From an uncultured Gammaproteobacteria bacterium (GTDB lineage Bacteria > Pseudomonadota > Gammaproteobacteria > JAURND01), in contig CAVQQD010000001.1 in NCBI GenBank assembly GCA_963714975.1, positions 224,001 to 288,000 of the forward strand: a stretch of 64,000 nt of DNA, written 5' to 3'. Positions 58,965-64,000 of the stretch are shown piece by piece. A program made the translations under genes and the position numbers. The notes under the pieces were generated by a model. The model saw only the letters and a list, made by a program, of their open reading frames with translations, was not told the origin of the DNA and made no database searches. Numbering within the stretch: the stretch's first letter is position 1; every line of letters begins with the position of its first letter.

Positions 58965-60191
58965 ATGACCCTACTACGCCAATTATTTTTAATCGCCATT
59001 TTCTTTAGTGGTTCGGCTTTCGCCCAGCACGCTCATCATTATCCCATTACCGGATCTGCAACCACTGAAAACATTGCGGCCTTCGATACGAAATTTATTT
59101 CCTTTTTAAGGCAATGGGGGATTCCAGGCGCCGCGGTGACCGCCGTCCGCAACGGTAATATCCTAGTACAACGGGGCTATGGTTGGGCTAACCTAGAAAA
59201 GCACGAAGCCGTCCAGCCTTATTCGAGGTTTCGCATCGCCAGTGTCTCAAAAACCTTTACCGCCGTGGCTATACTAAAACTTGCTGAAGCACATAAACTG
59301 AATTTAAACGATAAAGTATTCAACCTCTTAAGCGACCTCACCCCATTAAGAGAGCGCAAAATTAATCCGCAGATTTACCAAATTAGTGTCTTAAATCTAT
59401 TACAGATGTCGTCAGGTTGGTTTTCACCAGGATCGGGCCATTTCGATCCCTTGTTTGGACCTTGGCCTCCTAGCATCACTCGCATACTCCACCCCGAATT
59501 ACCCGCCAGCTGTCAAACGACCACCCGTTACATGATGTCTGTGCCGCTGCGCTTTAAACCAGGGACCAACTATTCCTATTCGAATCTGGATTATTGCATC
59601 CTGGGCTTGATCATTAACAAAGTGACTGGAACCCGCTATGGCTATCATGGCTATGAAAATTACATCGAAAGGGATTTATTACACCCGCTGGGGATTCATG
59701 ATATGACTATCGCGAGTACTCAATACAAATATCGCTTATCGAATGAAGCCACCTATTATCGAGATATCCATACCAGCCCTCAGACGTCCCTTGACACGAA
59801 GTCGCACTTGCCCTACAGCAGCTCAGAAATCCTCAAAAAGAATTTTTCTAATGCGGGATGGGTGGCAACAGCAACTGATCTAGCGCTGTTTATTCACGCG
59901 GTGTGGGAACACAAAATCCTCAATGTAAAAAGTTTAGCGTTAATGCTGGAGAAACCTGCTTTCGTTAGCGCAAAAAAAAATAACTATTACACCATTGGCA
60001 GTCTGGTCCATTTAGTAAACGGGCAACGTTATTGGATTCAGCATGGCAGCTTTACTGGAACAAATGCCTTTATTGTCACCAAGCCGGATGGAACCACGAT
60101 TGCCGCCGTCTTTAACTCTCGCCCCAATGCTGCCTTTTTCTCGAAGTGTAGACCGCAGTTGTTAGCGATGTTAATTAATAGCGGCTTTTAG
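58965..60191 (+). CDS. Secreted serine hydrolase, beta-lactamase/AmpC-like family
   Basis: Signal peptide; SVSK, YSN, HGS motifs; start may be 58911. Confidence 0.88.
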   Translation: MTLLRQLFLIAIFFSGSAFAQHAHHYPITGSATTENIAAFDTKFISFLRQWGIPGAAVTAVRNGNILVQRGYGWANLEKHEAVQPYSRFRIASVSKTFTAVAILKLAEAHKLNLNDKVFNLLSDLTPLRERKINPQIYQISVLNLLQMSSGWFSPGSGHFDPLFGPWPPSITRILHPELPASCQTTTRYMMSVPLRFKPGTNYSYSNLDYCILGLIINKVTGTRYGYHGYENYIERDLLHPLGIHDMTIASTQYKYRLSNEATYYRDIHTSPQTSLDTKSHLPYSSSEILKKNFSNAGWVATATDLALFIHAVWEHKILNVKSLALMLEKPAFVSAKKNNYYTIGSLVHLVNGQRYWIQHGSFTGTNAFIVTKPDGTTIAAVFNSRPNAAFFSKCRPQLLAMLINSGF

Positions 60192-60208
60192 AGTCGTTCA
60201 GCCTCTCC

Positions 60209-60290
60209 GTCATCCCGAGCGACCAGTGTCATCCCGAGCGAAGCGAGGGATCTCCATGCCAGTTGCAGGAGATCCCGTCGCAAGCTCCTC
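60209..60290. repeat. GTCATCCCG-family REP cluster
   Basis: Two gtcatcccgagcga starts plus gagggatctccatgccagttg shared with 41104 element. Confidence 0.75.
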
Positions 60291-60314
60291 AAATACCGGG
60301 ATTACTGCTCTTTC

Positions 60315-60356
60315 AACCTAGATTCGGCAGTAGAAACCTACTGCCGAATCTAGGTT
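60315..60356. repeat. Perfect hairpin, possible bidirectional terminator or mini-element
   Basis: aacctagattcggcagtag-aaac-ctactgccgaatctaggtt. Confidence 0.65.
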
Positions 60357-60537
60357 AAATTGCTCAATGCTCATGCCAGGCGGCATAATACCAGGGTTTT
60401 GGATCTCAAGCTTATCTTCATAAAAACTAAAATTATGCTAAAAAATGCATTAAATTAATTAAAATTTGACAATTAACTAGACTTCATATAAAATTGTTAG
60501 CATCGAACAAGGTTACAAAGAGTTATTAGGGTGATTT

Positions 60538-62079
60538 ATGGCAGAAGCAATTACTCAGACCGCAAGTAAGTCTAAAATAGTTGCAGGAAAAAAAAGCACA
60601 AATAAGCAAGCATTTATTCAAAAAATTATTGCCGCAAAGAAGAGCTGGCCTGATCCATTTCCGTTACCGGCTAAAGATCTCCCTAAATTAGTAGGTCATT
60701 ATAACAGAATACCCATTCTAGTGAATGGGTGTACGCCCCAAGGCCAACACCTTATTAATTTAAAAAAGCCAAATTGGAAAAAGGCTATTAAAAATTTTAA
60801 GGTCTATCCCGAAGCTGCATACATAACCCAAAATTGGGTTTCCTCTAAAGAGGACTACATCCCTGAATACGCATCACCCCGATTATTTTATAAAAGAAGC
60901 AAATTAGTTTCTCAAAGAGAAAAATTTCCCCAGCTAGATGCTTTAATGTCTCAATTTTTTCAAGAGGCCAAGCTCTCTGCTGATTTTAGCTTTCGTCAAA
61001 GTGCTAATCTGACTGAGCAACAATTGGAGTTGCTACAAAAACAAGAGGGATTCCAGGAACTAGTCACAGAAATGCAAATACCGAAAGAATACGAAACACA
61101 ACTCGAAGAAATGCCCAATGATGTATGCCTAGACCGGCAAGAAGTATTGCAAGAAATGTTAGAAATACAGCAGCATCTTGAATCCATAGCATACAAAGGG
61201 TTTATCGGCTACGTCCACACTGGGGGCCATAACAGCTTAGGCCGCCACATGGAATGTTACCTCATCTCTAAAGAATGCATTATCAAGCCCCTAATTTGGG
61301 GAACAGTTTGGCAACAAGGCAAATATCTAACGGAGCCCGAAGATTTAGTAGATTACCATCAGCAGCCATTTTACCAAAACAACCCTGCGGTTTTCCTAAC
61401 AAAGGGATCAGCGAATATCTTCCCTGAGATGCAAGCAGATCATGACTCTTGCGGCCATCTGGTTTTTGCAAATATGCATCAACATTTAAAAGAAGGTCAA
61501 AAACAATTAAATGAACTGGCCCTCAGATTTCGATTTTATGACGCAGAAGGGCAATTACAATACTATTTCTTACCTTCTCCCCAAAGCCTACGTTATGCGC
61601 AATCTACTCGATACATCAAGTATGTAAATCAGATCGTTATGGAAGACAAGCCATTTACTATAAAGAAAGAAAAAGAAACGGCGACAGTGAATCCGATTCG
61701 AGTCGCCTTAACCCAATCTATAGAAACTGCCAAAGGCAAAGGCGAGGACCCCATAGCAAAAAAAATAATAGAAGAAAATAACACTACTATTGCACAATTA
61801 ACAGCTTTCAGAGAAATATGGAAAGAGGCGGGCGCCTTTATGCTGGAAAAACGCAAGGAATTTCAGGCAGGAAAATACAATCATACTTTACTTTATTGCG
61901 GTTTAGAAAATCAAAAACTACTTCAAGCAGAAAATAAAAACATTACCATCCATAAGTCTGAAAATAATTTCTTAGCATTTCCTGATAAGACAGAATGGAC
62001 TGTGCCCAAGCGTAGTTTAAAAGATGTAGGGGCGCAATCACCGGCAGTGGAGCTTGAAAAGTCAGATCAAAAAATTTGA
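60538..62079 (+). CDS. Hypothetical protein, possible CE-clan cysteine protease effector
   Basis: GRHME(C) and MQADHDSCG motifs; AT-rich with long upstream region. Confidence 0.55.
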   Translation: MAEAITQTASKSKIVAGKKSTNKQAFIQKIIAAKKSWPDPFPLPAKDLPKLVGHYNRIPILVNGCTPQGQHLINLKKPNWKKAIKNFKVYPEAAYITQNWVSSKEDYIPEYASPRLFYKRSKLVSQREKFPQLDALMSQFFQEAKLSADFSFRQSANLTEQQLELLQKQEGFQELVTEMQIPKEYETQLEEMPNDVCLDRQEVLQEMLEIQQHLESIAYKGFIGYVHTGGHNSLGRHMECYLISKECIIKPLIWGTVWQQGKYLTEPEDLVDYHQQPFYQNNPAVFLTKGSANIFPEMQADHDSCGHLVFANMHQHLKEGQKQLNELALRFRFYDAEGQLQYYFLPSPQSLRYAQSTRYIKYVNQIVMEDKPFTIKKEKETATVNPIRVALTQSIETAKGKGEDPIAKKIIEENNTTIAQLTAFREIWKEAGAFMLEKRKEFQAGKYNHTLLYCGLENQKLLQAENKNITIHKSENNFLAFPDKTEWTVPKRSLKDVGAQSPAVELEKSDQKI

Positions 62080-62161
62080 ACTGCTCTAGCATCTCCCCAC
62101 TTGCAATTTACTCCGGAATTTCCTATCCTAGGCTCTCATCAAAACAACCTGAGATTTTTTT

Positions 62162-62488
62162 ATGAGCGAACATCTACAAGCCATTACGGATAGCAGCTTC
62201 GATGCACAAGTCCTAAAAGCAACCCTTCCGGTGCTAGTTGATTTCTGGGCCGAGTGGTGCGGGCCTTGCAAAATGATTGCCCCCGTCTTAGATGAAATTG
62301 CCAAAGAGTATGCGGGTCGGCTTATTGTCGCCAAAATAAACGTGGACGAGAATAACAAGACTCCGGCCCAATACGGGATAAGAGGGATACCGACCTTGCT
62401 TTTGTTCAAGGAAGGAAACTTAGTTGGTACTAAGGTCGGCGCCATGACCAAGTCGCAGCTGGCAGAATTTATCGACCAATCAATTTAG
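62162..62488 (+). CDS. trxA: Thioredoxin
   Basis: WCGPC; upstream of rho. Confidence 0.97.
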   Translation: MSEHLQAITDSSFDAQVLKATLPVLVDFWAEWCGPCKMIAPVLDEIAKEYAGRLIVAKINVDENNKTPAQYGIRGIPTLLLFKEGNLVGTKVGAMTKSQLAEFIDQSI

Positions 62489-62631
62489 CTTGCAATTTGC
62501 ACTAAATGTTTTATAGTTACTCCCACTTACAGAACAAGTTCTGTAGTTTAGCGTCTTACCATTCGGTAGGGTTCCTCTCTATTTCCTTTATTAAAGATCC
62601 ATTTTTTATAACCATTTCGTGAAAAAACCAT

Positions 62632-63888
62632 ATGAATTTAACTGAATTGAAAAAAAAATCTCCTTCGGAATTAATACAACTCGCCCAAGATCAGGGCATC
62701 GAAAACATGGCTCGGGTACGCAAACAAGATATTATTTTTGCGTTACTCAAAGCCCATGCCCAGGGTGGCGAAGACATCTTTGGAGATGGTGTCTTAGAAA
62801 TTCTGCAGGACGGATTTGGGTTTCTCCGCTCTGATGAGAGCTCTTATTTGGCAGGCCCGGATGATATTTATGTCTCTCCTAGTCAAATTCGTCGCTTCAA
62901 TCTCCGTACTGGCGACACCGTTTCTGGCAAAATTCGCCCACCCAAAGAAGGAGAGCGTTATTTTGCCTTGCTGCAGGTCAGCGATATCAATTTTGACAAA
63001 CCTGAACTCGCCAAGAATAAGATTCTATTTGAAAATTTAACCCCATTGTTCCCCGACGTACGACTCAAAATGGAACGTGGCAACGGTAGCTCGGAAGATA
63101 TTACCGCTCGCATCATCGATTTAGTGGCGCCCATTGGCAAAGGTCAGCGCGGCTTAATCGTATCACCGCCTAAAGCGGGTAAAACCATGATGCTGCAAAA
63201 CATCGCGACCTCCATTACTCACAATCATCCCGAATGCTATTTAATGGTGTTGTTAATTGATGAGCGGCCTGAAGAAGTCACTGAAATGACACGCTCGGTG
63301 AAGGGTGAAGTCATTGCCAGCACTTTTGATGAACCTGCAGCCCGTCACGTCCAAGTGGCTGAAATGGTCATTGAAAAGGCCAAACGTCTGGTAGAGCATA
63401 AACGCGACGTGGTGATTTTATTGGACTCCATTACTCGACTTGCTCGCGCTTATAACACCGTGGTTCCTGCCTCTGGCAAAGTGTTAACTGGTGGTGTTGA
63501 TGCCAACGCCTTACAACGCCCCAAGCGTTTCTTTGGCGCTGCGCGTAATATTGAAGGAGGAGGCAGTTTAACCATCATTGCCACAGCCCTAGTAGAAACT
63601 GGTTCGAAGATGGATGAAGTCATTTACGAGGAGTTTAAGGGTACCGGCAATATGGAAATTCATTTGGATCGCCGTATCGCAGAAAAACGGGTATTTCCCT
63701 CGATTAATATCAATCGTTCCGGCACACGACGAGAGGAATTAATCACCAAACCGGATGAATTGCAAAAAATGTGGATTCTACGCAAGATTCTGCATCCGAT
63801 GGATGAATTGACTGCCAGTGAATTCCTCATCGATCGACTTAAGGTAACAAAAACGAACGAAGATTTTTTTGAGGCTATGAAGCGTTGA
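62632..63888 (+). CDS. rho: Transcription termination factor Rho
   Basis: [32 protein letters not shown]. Confidence 0.98.
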   Translation: MNLTELKKKSPSELIQLAQDQGIENMARVRKQDIIFALLKAHAQGGEDIFGDGVLEILQDGFGFLRSDESSYLAGPDDIYVSPSQIRRFNLRTGDTVSGKIRPPKEGERYFALLQVSDINFDKPELAKNKILFENLTPLFPDVRLKMERGNGSSEDITARIIDLVAPIGKGQRGLIVSPPKAGKTMMLQNIATSITHNHPECYLMVLLIDERPEEVTEMTRSVKGEVIASTFDEPAARHVQVAEMVIEKAKRLVEHKRDVVILLDSITRLARAYNTVVPASGKVLTGGVDANALQRPKRFFGAARNIEGGGSLTIIATALVETGSKMDEVIYEEFKGTGNMEIHLDRRIAEKRVFPSININRSGTRREELITKPDELQKMWILRKILHPMDELTASEFLIDRLKVTKTNEDFFEAMKR

Positions 63889-64000
63889 GATATCGCGATC
63901 TGCGTGATTTCCTAGCCCAACTTCAGTCACTCGGTGAGCTAAAATCTATTGCGATTCCGATTAATCCTCACTTGGAAGTGACTGAGGTTTGTTGTCGTGT
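63885..64000 (+). CDS. ubiD: 4-hydroxy-3-polyprenylbenzoate decarboxylase, 5' partial
   Basis: TTG start overlapping rho stop; [27 protein letters not shown] matches the UbiD N-terminus; rho-ubiD synteny. Confidence 0.85.
   Translation, partial: MRYRDLRDFLAQLQSLGELKSIAIPINPHLEVTEVCCR

Noticed and set aside
90-63140. Numerous short antisense or alternate-frame ORFs in the ORF track (e.g. 90-278, 4161-4700, 16177-16371, 17533-17775, 32990-33271, 39551-39862)
   Set aside because: They shadow well-supported genes or are translations of palindromic repeats, with no recognisable motifs

Overview
Chromosomal window from a Gammaproteobacterium, most likely a Legionellales/Coxiellaceae-like host-associated lineage. 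This is inferred from an EirA-like gene next to hemC, PmrA-type boxes, WipA/Lem3-like ankyrin effectors and a Sel1-repeat protein. Bases 1-13 kb hold a signalling island: a CheY-less chemosensory operon (cheW-cheR-cheW-mcp-cheA-cheB), a REC-class III nucleotidyl cyclase, a REC-histidine kinase, a cNMP-binding patatin lipase and an Apyc1-like metallo-beta-lactamase. Together these form a candidate complete make/read/erase cyclic-nucleotide circuit. The rest is housekeeping genes (csp, murI, pyrE/F, mrcA, gpmI, pth, rplY, hemC/X/Y, uvrD, prfA, prmC, ubi hydroxylase, DAHP synthase, htpX, lemA, rsmI/D, M16 peptidases, ftsY, trxA, rho, partial ubiD) interspersed with putative Dot/Icm effector families, TA and Fic genes and one IS3 element. 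There are many REP/MITE-like palindromes: two are translated in-frame inside core enzymes, several punctuate an array of three paralogous membrane proteins, and one leads into a possible DUF559 nuclease fragment. No rRNA, tRNA or CRISPR array was recognised. All calls are by-eye motif recognition; no database searches were run.
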